From Minisyncoccota bacterium (GTDB taxonomy: Bacteria > Patescibacteriota > Minisyncoccia > Phycocordibacterales > PALSA-1337), in NCBI GenBank assembly GCA_035495115.1, contig DATJGJ010000010.1:2407-66406 (forward strand): a stretch of 64,000 nt of DNA, in the 5' to 3' direction. The translations under genes and the position numbers were made by a program. This document shows positions 9,664 to 19,585 of this stretch, piece by piece (positions within the stretch are counted from its first letter, which is position 1; each line of letters starts with the position of its first letter). The notes beneath the pieces are model-generated. The model was not told the origin of the DNA. It was given only the letters and a program-made list of their open reading frames with translations, and ran no database searches.

Positions 9664-10954
9664 ATATCTCGGTCCAATCGACTATATTGTATCCGCCACC
9701 TGGGCCCGCTTGGAAAAGGGTACTCGGTAGACCGCGGTCATACGTGACATTCGCTGTGTTTGAAAGAACGATCTTGTAGCCAGTTGCTTCTTTGACACCG
9801 GCACTTTGGTTGATAGAGATTTGTCCATGTATAGCATAACCTACCAGTGCTGATGAGCTTTGACTGATGCTTATTGCATCATTAGAACCTCCATTTTCTG
9901 CGCTATTATTTTGTGAAATCATAAACACGAATGAGTTTGGAGATCCTGATCCTTGAAACGCAGTTCCGCTATTGAGCGAGATGACACTGCCTGTTGTGCG
10001 GTTCGACGGGTCATCAGCGACAATTGCTACATTTTGGCTGCCAAGGGTGGATGCCATTTGAATAGTAGAGCCAGTCTCGACTGTTATATTGCCCGTCACC
10101 CAAATCGGACCAGAAACTGTCACTGTTGAGCCTTTTATATCTAGATCGCAGGTAATTTTTTGTGCAGTTAAAGTGACGCTGGTATTTTTGATTGTATATA
10201 TGCCTGTGCAGTTATTGGTTCCTCCAGCAGCCGCATCGCTTTCCCATTGTGCGATTTGAGCATCGGTGATTGGCAAGTCTATGCTTCCTTGGTCGGGGCT
10301 ATTTGGATATTTGGTACCAGGAACATGCGAGGATGTGTAACTATCGATGGTCGCAGCACTATAGTAGTAAGCGTCCTTGCCTGAAGAAGAGTTCTGTAGT
10401 GTGTGGGCGTAGAGTGTGCCCGTTGCATTGATACCGCTGATGAGACCGGTTGGACCAGCGGAGATGACGTCGCCATTGATGGTGTTTCCTGCGCCAGTTA
10501 CTGTTCCATTTGAAAACACATTTCCTGTCACGCTTGAGCTGTTATTCAACACGAATCCTCCTTCGCCAGACTGGATGCCGTAATGAAATGAGACACCAGT
10601 GCCAAGCGTTAGGTCCATCTGGATATTTCTCTGGTACAAATCAGTTGGAGAGGTGATAGTGACTCTCTTTCCGGTGGAAGTATTCGTCACAGCTATGGTT
10701 GCTGTGCTCGAACCGAGCGTGAGATTGAATGATGGTGCGATTTGTTTGCTGTTTTTCAATCTGTACAGCGCCTCGTTCACTGCACTATCTGCCAATAGGA
10801 AGGCCTGCTTTGAGCTAATCGAGGCTTGGGTATTGGCGTAGTGCGATATGACAGGGTAGCCGATACCGTTGATGATCAAAAGTGAGATAGCGAGAAAGAG
10901 GATTGTATTCAGAATGATGACTTGACCGCGATTGTAGAGTATTTTTTTCCGCAT
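9662..10954 (-). CDS. PilX-like large pilus-associated protein (putative minor pilin or tip protein)
   Basis: 430 aa. N-terminal RGQVIILNTILFLAISLLII hydrophobic segment resembling PilX_N. Thr/Ser/Gly/Asn-rich beta-type body. Last gene of the pilin operon. Confidence 0.5.
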   Translation of the reverse strand: MRKKILYNRGQVIILNTILFLAISLLIINGIGYPVISHYANTQASISSKQAFLLADSAVNEALYRLKNSKQIAPSFNLTLGSSTATIAVTNTSTGKRVTITSPTDLYQRNIQMDLTLGTGVSFHYGIQSGEGGFVLNNSSSVTGNVFSNGTVTGAGNTINGDVISAGPTGLISGINATGTLYAHTLQNSSSGKDAYYYSAATIDSYTSSHVPGTKYPNSPDQGSIDLPITDAQIAQWESDAAAGGTNNCTGIYTIKNTSVTLTAQKITCDLDIKGSTVTVSGPIWVTGNITVETGSTIQMASTLGSQNVAIVADDPSNRTTGSVISLNSGTAFQGSGSPNSFVFMISQNNSAENGGSNDAISISQSSSALVGYAIHGQISINQSAGVKEATGYKIVLSNTANVTYDRGLPSTLFQAGPGGGYNIVDWTEI

Positions 10955-10957
10955 ATA

Positions 10958-11470
10958 TTAATATGAATTTCTCATGATAGCTGCTCCGCTGTATGTACGC
11001 GTTTGGTTCACTCCTTTAAGGTTGAAAGTAATATCTATATCAAAATGAATGGCTGTCGATATAGGCGTAGAGATATTGGTCAAATAAAATCGGCTGATCG
11101 TAACATCTGAAGGCGTGAGATATTGAATTGTACCCGAGTTCTCTTGGTAGGTGAGTCGTCCGTTGCTGATAGTATATTGTTTCGTAAGTTGAACTGAATT
11201 TGCCTGTGCACTGAGTGATAATGATCCTAGAGTCGTACCAAATGCAGTGCCTGCAGCATTCACGCTCTGGCCACTGCGGATGCTTTTAACTATATGGTCG
11301 CTTACGGTGATGCCGACGCTGTCGACATGAGACCCGACTGTGGCCGTGCGGTACCAATCATAGGTTGCCGCGAGAAGCGTCAACATGGCAACGAGCAAAA
11401 GTACAAGTCCGCCCGCATAGACAAGTGTTTCAAGCAAAGTAAAACCGCGTTGTTTAGTTATTGTAGACAT
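10958..11470 (-). CDS. Type IV pilin-like protein (prepilin N-terminal methylation motif)
   Basis: KQRGFTLLETLVYAGGLVLLL, a class III signal with the G-F-T-L-L-E motif. Confidence 0.65.
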   Translation of the reverse strand: MSTITKQRGFTLLETLVYAGGLVLLLVAMLTLLAATYDWYRTATVGSHVDSVGITVSDHIVKSIRSGQSVNAAGTAFGTTLGSLSLSAQANSVQLTKQYTISNGRLTYQENSGTIQYLTPSDVTISRFYLTNISTPISTAIHFDIDITFNLKGVNQTRTYSGAAIMRNSY

Positions 11471-11936
11471 TGTGTATGAGCATTTCAGTCCGAGCTAATG
11501 TTGTGGACGCATTCCCAGATGGAAATACGGTGATGATGACATCCCGCGTATTCGCATCAGTGGTGCCAGACGTAGAGATGTTATCGCTGCTATCACGTTT
11601 TACTGCAGAAAAAACGATTGTACGTACATAGGTATTTTGGATAGTTTGAACTGTCGTGGTTCCGCTGTACGTGCTCCCATCCCAATAAAGATAGTAGGTA
11701 GTATTGAGTGAAAGAGGAGAGATCTTTGTGGACCATCCTGTATCACGCATGATAGTGAGGGCTTCGTCGGCTTCTTCGGTGAGCAATGCCGCTTCAGCAT
11801 AACGGCTGCTCGAGTTTGCCACTTTGAGATAGAGTTGCCATGCACCAGCTATGCCTGTCACTGCCGTTGCAATGATTGCAGCGGAAACAATGATCTCAAC
11901 AACACTTAAGCCTCGTATATAACGATGCGAACTCAT
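11454..11936 (-). CDS. Type IV minor pilin-like protein
   Basis: RGLSVVEIIVSAAIIATAV, a prepilin-like G-L-S-V-V-E motif followed by a hydrophobic helix. Confidence 0.55.
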   Translation of the reverse strand: MSSHRYIRGLSVVEIIVSAAIIATAVTGIAGAWQLYLKVANSSSRYAEAALLTEEADEALTIMRDTGWSTKISPLSLNTTYYLYWDGSTYSGTTTVQTIQNTYVRTIVFSAVKRDSSDNISTSGTTDANTRDVIITVFPSGNASTTLARTEMLIHNVYNN

Positions 11937-11942
11937 ATGAGC

Positions 11943-12413
11943 TTATTGTACCACACCTATATTGCCCAAACTCTCAACAACGATATTTTTTTTGCGAGCA
12001 GGATTCGCTATTTCCATGACTGTCACTGTAGCAGTTGAGTTCGTCGCTCCGGTAAGTCGAGTAAAGACGATCGCATCATTTGGGTCAGTAATCGTATTTG
12101 TCAGAGTTGCACCTGAATCAATGGTAGTCGTAGAGTTGCTTGCGCTACTTGTGCTATACGCGCTTCCCATAAAAGTAACATATGAATCGCTATTAAATTT
12201 GACCCCGAAACTCGCGCCATTCTTGCCGGATATAGCGTTTGAGCGCGCTTGTTCCAAAGCAGAGACAATCGAATCAGTAGTTGTCGAAACTATAGCATTG
12301 CTTCTGGCGGTGTTATACCAATATGTACCAATAGACAAAAGTATGCCCGCAATAGCGATGACAAGGAGTATCTCGATGAGAGTGAAGCCTGCGGTAGTAG
12401 ATGGGCGTTGCAT
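11943..12413 (-). CDS. Type IV pilin (probable major pilin)
   Basis: MQRPSTTAGFTLIEILLVIAIAGIL, a canonical prepilin leader and GFTLIE motif. Start set at the internal ATG at 12413. Confidence 0.7.
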   Translation of the reverse strand: MQRPSTTAGFTLIEILLVIAIAGILLSIGTYWYNTARSNAIVSTTTDSIVSALEQARSNAISGKNGASFGVKFNSDSYVTFMGSAYSTSSASNSTTTIDSGATLTNTITDPNDAIVFTRLTGATNSTATVTVMEIANPARKKNIVVESLGNIGVVQ

Positions 12414-12463
12414 GGCGATAATTGTAGCACACCCTGTTCTATGGCTGTGGTACAATTATTCCC

Positions 12464-13228
12464 ATGAATAAAAAACTCATTGTCGGCAATTGGAAAATGA
12501 ATCCAGTCACGCTCGACGAAGCAAAAAAAATAGCTCGAAAAATTAAAAGGGCTTCAGCTGGCCTTGTTTCAGTTGAGACAGTCATTTGTCCTCCGTTTCC
12601 ATTCATCTATCCTTGTACGAGCAAAGGGGAGAGCGCGCTTTTCCATATCGGCGCTCAATCAGCATCAGTAGAGATCGATCGAGGTCCATTTACGGGTGAG
12701 GTGAGCGCTACGATGCTCAAAGAAATAGGTGTTTCATATGTCATTGTCGGTCATTCTGAACAACGTGCGCGAGGTGAAAGCGATAGTATAGTCTCCAAAA
12801 AAGCAAAAGCAGTGCTCGAGGCAGGTCTCTCACCGATCATTTGCGTAGGGGAGACGTCTCGTGACGAAGCTGGGACATATTTGGAAACATTGAAAAATCA
12901 GATCAAACAGAGTTTGGCTGATATACCTCCAAAATTTGCGAGCAACATTATCCTTGCATATGAGCCTGTTTGGGCTATCGGCGCTCAGGAGGCCATGAAA
13001 AACGAAGATATATACGAGTCATCGCTTTTTGTAAAAAAAATCTTCTCTGACATATTTGGACCAGAAGCTGGGGTGAAGGCGAAGGTTCTTTATGGAGGTT
13101 CAGTGAACTACCGCAATGCACCAGATATCATCGCTATCGGCAAAGTCGATGGTCTTCTCGTTGGGCGCGAAAGCGTCAATGCTCCTGGCTTCGTCGAATT
13201 ACTCAAAGCAGTTGATCTCGTAAAGTAA
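12464..13228 (+). CDS. tpiA: Triosephosphate isomerase
   Basis: MNKKLIVGNWKMN...VIVGHSEQR...AYEPVWAIG TIM signatures. Confidence 0.9.
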   Translation: MNKKLIVGNWKMNPVTLDEAKKIARKIKRASAGLVSVETVICPPFPFIYPCTSKGESALFHIGAQSASVEIDRGPFTGEVSATMLKEIGVSYVIVGHSEQRARGESDSIVSKKAKAVLEAGLSPIICVGETSRDEAGTYLETLKNQIKQSLADIPPKFASNIILAYEPVWAIGAQEAMKNEDIYESSLFVKKIFSDIFGPEAGVKAKVLYGGSVNYRNAPDIIAIGKVDGLLVGRESVNAPGFVELLKAVDLVK

Positions 13229-13229
13229 T

Positions 13230-14396
13230 ATGAAAACATTAAACGATATCCCGCATCTCTCTGGCGTCAAAGTGCTTGTGCGCGTCGATTTTAATGTACC
13301 TATTAAAAATGGCGTTATCACTGATGACTATCGTATACGCAAGGCCATCCCTACTATTGATTTTTTAAAGTCAAAAGGCGCGCGATTGGTCCTTATCAGC
13401 CATATCGAAACTGCTGAAGGTCTCGTGACAGACCAAAGCGAAGAGCCGAGTCTGATCAAAAAGCCAACACTTGCTCCAGTGGCCGAGTATTTGAAAAGGA
13501 AAGATATGCCGGTAACATTCGTCAAGAACATTTCTGCGGCTTTCGATGCGAGCGAGCAGCTCAGCGATGGAGAGATGATTCTCGTTGAGAATATCCGCGA
13601 AAATGAAGGGGAAAAAACAAATGACAAGAAGTTCGCCAAACAGCTGGCCACTCTCGCTGATATATATGTAAACGATGCTTTTTCAGTTTCACATCGCGAA
13701 CATGCGTCAGTGTGCGCCATCGCACAGTTTTTACCGAGCTATGCCGGCATCCAACTCCAAAAAGAAGTCGAGAATCTAAGTTCAGCATTCAATCCTGCTC
13801 ACCCGTTTCTTTTTGTTCTTGGCGGCGCGAAGTTCGATACCAAGCTCCCGCTCATACACAAATTCTTGGCGAGCGCTGATAAGATATTCATCGGAGGGGC
13901 TTTGGCGAATGATGCTCTCAAGGCAAAGGGGTTCAATATAGGCATGTCCAAGACCTCAAATGGGAAGATGGACATCACGCCTATCATCTCTCAACATCAG
14001 ATCATGATGCCAATTGACGTAGTTATTCAGGACCATTCAAACAAAAAGGTTGGCAACGTAAGCAATATGGATGCGATATATGATATTGGCACTGATAGTT
14101 TGGCGGAGCTCAAAGTGAAGATAAACGAAGCACGATTTATCTTATGGAATGGACCGCTCGGACTTTTTGAAAAAGGATTTATCGACGGTACGGTCAAACT
14201 CGCACAAATGATTGCGGAGAGAACTCAGGCGGGCGCAACATCTATGGTGGGCGGGGGAGATACGCTGTCGGCGATTTCGAAGCTCGGCATAGAAGATAAG
14301 TTTAGCTTTGTTTCGACAGGCGGTGGGGCGATGCTCGATTTTCTGGCACAAGGGACATTGCCTGGTATTGAAGCGTTGAAAAACAGCGATAAATAA
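13230..14396 (+). CDS. pgk: Phosphoglycerate kinase
   Basis: VLVRVDFNVP N-terminus, GGGA..MVGGGDT hinge and GGGAMLDFL C-terminus. Confidence 0.9.
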   Translation: MKTLNDIPHLSGVKVLVRVDFNVPIKNGVITDDYRIRKAIPTIDFLKSKGARLVLISHIETAEGLVTDQSEEPSLIKKPTLAPVAEYLKRKDMPVTFVKNISAAFDASEQLSDGEMILVENIRENEGEKTNDKKFAKQLATLADIYVNDAFSVSHREHASVCAIAQFLPSYAGIQLQKEVENLSSAFNPAHPFLFVLGGAKFDTKLPLIHKFLASADKIFIGGALANDALKAKGFNIGMSKTSNGKMDITPIISQHQIMMPIDVVIQDHSNKKVGNVSNMDAIYDIGTDSLAELKVKINEARFILWNGPLGLFEKGFIDGTVKLAQMIAERTQAGATSMVGGGDTLSAISKLGIEDKFSFVSTGGGAMLDFLAQGTLPGIEALKNSDK

Positions 14397-14400
14397 GATT

Positions 14401-14428
14401 AAAAACTGCTCATATGTGAGCAGTTTTT
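14401..14428. terminator. Bidirectional terminator (pgk / HIT)
   Basis: ctgctca-tatg-tgagcag stem with flanking A5/T5 runs. Confidence 0.5.
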
Positions 14429-14798
14429 ATAGTAAGCTTTTTATTTTTTGCGCATTTCCTTCAAAATCTTTTTTATCTCCGCCCGTTCCTTCAGCGGGGT
14501 AGATCCATATATGGGCATGAGGAACTTCTTCGCCGATGATCTTACTTTGGATCATCTCCTGACCAAATGCTTTTTGCTGAGCTTTTGCGATCTTGCCGGC
14601 GACCTCAAAATATGAGCCGAGCTTAGGTGCATCCCATACCCAGCGGTAATGGTCTTTCGGGATGATGAGTGTGTGCCCAGGGGAGATTGGGCGGATGTCG
14701 AGAAAAGCGAGATAGGAGTCATCTTCATAGACAATGTGTGCAGGGATTTGCTTCGCTACTATCTTGCAGAATATGCAGGTAGGATCGGTTTTATTCAT
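14427..14798 (-). CDS. HIT family (histidine triad) nucleotide hydrolase
   Basis: CIFCKI...HTLIIPKDH..., the HxHxHxx triad region. Confidence 0.85.
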   Translation of the reverse strand: MNKTDPTCIFCKIVAKQIPAHIVYEDDSYLAFLDIRPISPGHTLIIPKDHYRWVWDAPKLGSYFEVAGKIAKAQQKAFGQEMIQSKIIGEEVPHAHIWIYPAEGTGGDKKDFEGNAQKIKSLL

Positions 14799-14880
14799 GA
14801 GGTCATTTTAACATATTAAAATAGGTGCAATAAAAAAGTCTCCGCCAAAATGGTGGAGACTGTGATTGCAATGTGCAAAA

Positions 14881-15420
14881 TTAACTGGCATATACGCTTG
14901 CAAATTCGATTTCAAGGCGTTTGATAAAGAGTCTCATCTCGGGGTAGAGCAGCTCCGCTTTTTCCCGATTCGCTATAAATGCGGAAATGATTTGCGCTAT
15001 ATCATTCCCAAGCGTATGTCGGTTCATAGTCCATGTCCGCAAATTACTTCTGATGATCTCTGAGGCGAAGTTATTCCTGAAAACTTCCAAAATTATTGAC
15101 ATAATGACGTCCTTCCAAAAAATAGGCATCATTGTTTCGTTTACAAGTTCGAGCTCGGGCACGCATACAAATATTTCAGTTACAAGCCCAAGTTCAGGGG
15201 TGCCTTTTCGAATTGACCATGTCCGTTTGAAATTATCTCGACCGCCCCAGATGTTTTCCCATGTGGGAGGCAATCTGCTCGGTGAGACGATGAATATCTT
15301 GAGGGGTCTTTGTAGGAACGATTTCCAAGTATCTGGTATAAGCTCGATCGCCGCAGAGACTATTTGTGAGACATCTGCTCCACCGTAATAGGTTACATCA
15401 ATTTTTTGCATAACATTCAT
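14881..15420 (-). CDS. Hypothetical protein
   Basis: 179-aa ORF with a downstream terminator hairpin (agtctcc...ggagact at about 14826-14858). No recognisable domain. Confidence 0.4.
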   Translation of the reverse strand: MNVMQKIDVTYYGGADVSQIVSAAIELIPDTWKSFLQRPLKIFIVSPSRLPPTWENIWGGRDNFKRTWSIRKGTPELGLVTEIFVCVPELELVNETMMPIFWKDVIMSIILEVFRNNFASEIIRSNLRTWTMNRHTLGNDIAQIISAFIANREKAELLYPEMRLFIKRLEIEFASVYAS

Positions 15421-15516
15421 TTGTTGTAAATTGTTTCTTATTCTAATCCAGTTCTACCTCATTTTGCCGTTCTAGTCAACGATAGGGGTCTATGCCTACA
15501 TGCTATACTTTTTCCT

Positions 15517-17346
15517 ATGCCGTACGCTATCCGACGAACTATTTCCGCTGATGAACAATCAAAGCTCGCAGCTTTTTCTCCAGTGCTTTCGCATCTGCTC
15601 TTCCATCGCGGTTTTACTGATGTCGTCGATGCCAATGCTTTCATTTTGCCAGATTATGATCTGCACACTCACAACCCATACGTATTGAAAGATGCGGAAA
15701 AGGCAGCTCTGAGAATCATCAAAGCAATACAGAACAATGAGCGCATCACGATTTACTCAGACTATGATGCTGACGGCATTCCAGGTGCAGTTATTTGGAA
15801 TGATTTTTTTACGCGCATAGGGTTCAAGAATTTTTCTATATATATTCCACATCGTCACAACGAAGGCTTCGGTCTCAATCTCGATGCGATCGAGCAGCTT
15901 GCAGACGAAGGTGTGAAACTGCTCATCACCCTCGATTGTGGCATCACTGATGTGAAACCAGTCGCGCTTGCCGTAGAGAAGGGGATGGATGTGATCATCA
16001 CTGATCATCATGAACCGCCAGCTGTATTGCCACCCGCTTTCGCTATCATCGATCACAAGCAAAGCGACTGTCTCTATCCTGACAAAAATCTATGTGGGTC
16101 TGGAGTGGCATACAAGTTGATACAAGCGGTGATAAAGAAGGATAGAGAACAGGAAGAAGATAGAAAGAAGAAAAAAGAAGGCGCCCAAAATGATTCCTCA
16201 ATTTTGAAAAATGGCTGGAAGGACGGTCACGAAAAGTGGCTGCTCGACATGGTCGGTATCGCCACACTTTCAGATATGGTCTCACTCAAAGGAGAGAATA
16301 GAGTCTTCGCTTACTATGGTTTGAATGTGCTGCGCCAGAGCCCACGCAAAGGTTTGGTGAGGCTGCTCGAAAAATTGAAGATCCCCCAAAAGCATCTTAC
16401 CGAAGACGATATCGGTTTCATGATCACGCCGCGCATCAATGCGGCATCGCGCATGGGTTTGCCGATGGATGCATTTAGTTTGCTTTCAGCACAGACAGAT
16501 GAAGATGCGCGAACGTATGCTGATCATTTGGACGCAATCAATAATGAACGTAAAGGTGTCGTAGCCGCACTTTCAAAAGAGATAAAGAAAATATTACATG
16601 ACCGCTATGGTGCCGATGAGTCGTCGCTCCCGCACGCTATAGTTCTGGGCAATCCTGAGTGGCGCCCATCGCTCCTCGGACTTGTGGCAAATACATGTGC
16701 GGAGCAATTGAAGCGCCCTGTTTTTCTCTGGGGTCGAGATGGTGACGGCGGCATCAAAGGGTCGTGTCGCTCAGAGGGGGTGTCGAGCGTTGTCGAGATC
16801 ATGCGCGGCGTACCTGAAGGAGTCTTCATAAAGTATGGAGGACACAAACATTCTGGTGGTTTTGAGGTGAGTAAAGAGCAGGTGCATTTTTTGGATGCGC
16901 ATTTAAACGAAGCGCAGAGTAAAATCAAAAATCAAAAAGCAAAAGGAAAAAGTGAAAGTAAAAAAGAGGAAGTTCAGGTAAACGAGGGTGATGACCATGA
17001 GATGGTCGACATGGAGCTCTCGATCGATGATCTTGATTGGGCTTTGTACAATGATATTGCCAAGCTCGCGCCGTTCGGCATGGACAATCCAAAGCCGGTT
17101 TTTCTTTTCAAAAAAGTTGCGCCTGTTGCGCTCAAGATATTCGGCAAGACTAAGGAGCATGTCGAAGTCAGCTTCGCAAAATCGAATGGACAAAAGATCC
17201 CTGCGATTTCTTTTTTTGGGGCGAACGAACAATGGGTAAAAGAGTTTGTGCCGGGTAAACCAATTGATCTTGTGGCGTCTATTGAGAAGTCGTTGTTCGC
17301 AGGCAGGACTGAGCTGAGGTTAAGGATTATCGATATGCTAAAATGA
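15517..17346 (+). CDS. recJ: Single-stranded-DNA-specific exonuclease RecJ
   Basis: DHH motifs (YSDYDADGIPG, ITDHHEP), DHHA1 motif GGHKHSGGF and a C-terminal OB fold. Contains a K/E-rich low-complexity insertion (QEEDRKKKKEG). Confidence 0.85.
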   Translation: MPYAIRRTISADEQSKLAAFSPVLSHLLFHRGFTDVVDANAFILPDYDLHTHNPYVLKDAEKAALRIIKAIQNNERITIYSDYDADGIPGAVIWNDFFTRIGFKNFSIYIPHRHNEGFGLNLDAIEQLADEGVKLLITLDCGITDVKPVALAVEKGMDVIITDHHEPPAVLPPAFAIIDHKQSDCLYPDKNLCGSGVAYKLIQAVIKKDREQEEDRKKKKEGAQNDSSILKNGWKDGHEKWLLDMVGIATLSDMVSLKGENRVFAYYGLNVLRQSPRKGLVRLLEKLKIPQKHLTEDDIGFMITPRINAASRMGLPMDAFSLLSAQTDEDARTYADHLDAINNERKGVVAALSKEIKKILHDRYGADESSLPHAIVLGNPEWRPSLLGLVANTCAEQLKRPVFLWGRDGDGGIKGSCRSEGVSSVVEIMRGVPEGVFIKYGGHKHSGGFEVSKEQVHFLDAHLNEAQSKIKNQKAKGKSESKKEEVQVNEGDDHEMVDMELSIDDLDWALYNDIAKLAPFGMDNPKPVFLFKKVAPVALKIFGKTKEHVEVSFAKSNGQKIPAISFFGANEQWVKEFVPGKPIDLVASIEKSLFAGRTELRLRIIDMLK

Positions 17347-18113
17347 TACGTATAAGCAATATTATGAATAACACTGAAACAAACATAATCATCTTCACCG
17401 ATGGCTCGTCGAGAGGTAATCCTGGTCCTGGTGGATGGGGAAGCATCATCGTCGTAATAGAAAAAGGGAAAGAAACAAAGAAGGAAGAAACCTATGTTAC
17501 TGAGCTCGGAGGTGGTGACAAACATACGACAAACAACAGAATGGAGCTTACAGCTGCAGTTGAAGGTATATCACATACGCCAAAAGGCTCGCGCATCTTA
17601 CTCCACACTGACTCGTCATACGTCATCAACGGCATCACTAAATGGATCCATGGTTGGAAGAAAAATAATTGGATCACCAAAGCAAAAGAAGATGTGCTCA
17701 ACAAAGATCTCTGGATCAAGCTCGATGCATGTGCAGCAGATCGAAAAGTGGAATGGAAGTACGTCGGCGGTCACATCGGCATCCTTGGCAATGAGCGCTG
17801 CGATCACATCGCCACGGCTTTTGCCGACGGCCGACACATCAAGCTCTATAAAGGCGCACTCTCTCAATATGACCTTCCTGACATTCTCAACGTTTCACAT
17901 AATGAAGCAGATCTGAAGAAGAAAAAGTCTAGCTCATCCAAGTCGAGCGCAAAAGCATACTCGTATGTGAGCATGGTCGGCGGCATCATCGAGACACACA
18001 AGACGTGGGCAGAGTGCGAAAAGCGGGTGAAGGGCGTAAAGGGGACGCGTTACAAAAAATCCATCAGCAGAGAAGATGAAGAAAACATCATCAAAAACTT
18101 CAGCGCTTTTTGA
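17343..18113 (+). CDS. rnhA: Ribonuclease HI fused to a C-terminal hybrid-binding domain (HBD / Cauli_VI-like)
   Basis: N-terminal IIIFTDGSSRGNPG...TNNRMELTA...HTDSSYVINGIT catalytic DEDD region. C-terminal YVSMVGGIIETHKTWAECEKRVKGVKGTRYKKSISREDEE matches the HBD consensus (W-x-EC...V-x-G...KKF-x-T-x-EEA). ATGA overlap with recJ. Confidence 0.8.
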   Translation: MIRISNIMNNTETNIIIFTDGSSRGNPGPGGWGSIIVVIEKGKETKKEETYVTELGGGDKHTTNNRMELTAAVEGISHTPKGSRILLHTDSSYVINGITKWIHGWKKNNWITKAKEDVLNKDLWIKLDACAADRKVEWKYVGGHIGILGNERCDHIATAFADGRHIKLYKGALSQYDLPDILNVSHNEADLKKKKSSSSKSSAKAYSYVSMVGGIIETHKTWAECEKRVKGVKGTRYKKSISREDEENIIKNFSAF

Positions 18114-18160
18114 GAACTTTTTAAGTGAAAATTTATCTCGCGCTGATACGATGACTCTCG

Positions 18161-19561
18161 ATGAATCGAAGAGTCATTTTGTTTTGGATGATCATCATCG
18201 GTGGCGCGGCATTTCGCGTCATTGTCTCTTTGAACGTGCCTGTTCCAGAGATTGGAAATTGTTCGAAACAAGAAGTGCAAGGAGAAGGAGTCATCGCTGC
18301 GGATCCTTCATTTGCTGAGAGCGGCCAGGTGCTCGTCGTAGATGTAAAACACATTTCACAAAAAGGGTCAGTGGAAAATGAATGCCCATCTGGTATCACA
18401 ATCCGCATGAAGACAAAACTATATCCGCATTTCCATTATGGAGATGAGATTATTTTTTCGGGAAAATTATCAGCGCCATTCAATTTTAAAAGTGATACTG
18501 GTAGAGCATTTGACTATACAGGATATCTGGCAAAGGACGATATTTTCTATGAGATAAAAAGTGCACAGGTCAAAGCTGATATAAATAGTATGAATAGGGA
18601 CACGAATGTCACAAATATATCGCAGTGGATCACTTCTATTCTGTATAAAATAAAAAGAGGTTTCGTAGATAATTTGAACCAGACTCTCGGCGAGCCACAC
18701 TCTGCTCTTGCTGCTGGACTAGTTGTCGGCGAGAAAAGCGCGCTTGGAAAAGATCTGCTCAACGATTTTCGAACGGTCGGACTCATCCATATCGTCGTCC
18801 TCTCTGGATTCAATATCACTATCGTCGCTGATGCATTGCGTCGACTGCTCACTCGTCTACCCCGCGTATGGGGGATAGTCATTGGTGGCATCGGCATGAT
18901 TTTATTCGGGGTGCTTGTCGGCGGCGGTGCGACCGTCGTGCGCTCGTGCTTCATGGCGAGCATTGCACTCGGCGCAAGTATCATCCGCCGCGATTATCAT
19001 GTCGCTCGGGCGCTGCTCTTTGCTGGCTGTCTCATGCTCATACAAAACCCGCTCATCTTGTTGCACGATCCTTCATTCCAACTTTCATTTTTGGCGACGC
19101 TTGGTCTCATACTGCTTGCCACGCCTTTGGAGAGATTCTTTTATTTTATACCCGAAAAGTTTGGTATGCGTGGGATCTTTGCAGCGACATTTGCCACGCA
19201 GATATTCGTTTCACCTTTTATCCTCTATATGATGGGACAGATATCTATCATCGGTGTTGTCGCCAACATCTTGGTCCTCCCCTTGATACCGATCACTATG
19301 CTTGCAGTGTTCCTCACTGGTTCGATTGGTCTCATCTCCACATTCGTTTCACAGATCTGTGGCTGGGGCGCGCACCTACTGCTCACTTATGAGTTATTCA
19401 TCGTCGAGACATTTGCGCGAGTGCCATATGCATCCATTACATTTCCACAATTTTCTGGATGGTGGGTGGTGGGGTTTTACATTGTTTTCTTTTTGGTTAG
19501 GTTCAAAATGAATAAACCATTGACCCATTTATCGTTTTGGAGTAAGTTTTCAAATAGGTAA
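18161..19561 (+). CDS. comEC: ComEC/Rec2-like DNA internalisation channel (DUF4131 plus competence TM domain), lacking its MBL domain
   Basis: LGEPHSALAAGLVVGEKSALGKDLLNDFRTVGLIHIVVLSGFNITIVA is the conserved Competence domain motif. Multiple TM helices follow. Confidence 0.75.
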   Translation: MNRRVILFWMIIIGGAAFRVIVSLNVPVPEIGNCSKQEVQGEGVIAADPSFAESGQVLVVDVKHISQKGSVENECPSGITIRMKTKLYPHFHYGDEIIFSGKLSAPFNFKSDTGRAFDYTGYLAKDDIFYEIKSAQVKADINSMNRDTNVTNISQWITSILYKIKRGFVDNLNQTLGEPHSALAAGLVVGEKSALGKDLLNDFRTVGLIHIVVLSGFNITIVADALRRLLTRLPRVWGIVIGGIGMILFGVLVGGGATVVRSCFMASIALGASIIRRDYHVARALLFAGCLMLIQNPLILLHDPSFQLSFLATLGLILLATPLERFFYFIPEKFGMRGIFAATFATQIFVSPFILYMMGQISIIGVVANILVLPLIPITMLAVFLTGSIGLISTFVSQICGWGAHLLLTYELFIVETFARVPYASITFPQFSGWWVVGFYIVFFLVRFKMNKPLTHLSFWSKFSNR

Positions 19562-19585
19562 CAACAAGCAACTCTTTTAAAACTT

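Noticed and set aside
16130-16200. K/E-rich low-complexity stretch in recJ (GAAGAAGATAGAAAGAAGAAAAAAGAAGG)
   Set aside because: It is an in-frame low-complexity insertion within an otherwise intact RecJ. It is not a repeat element or a frameshift.
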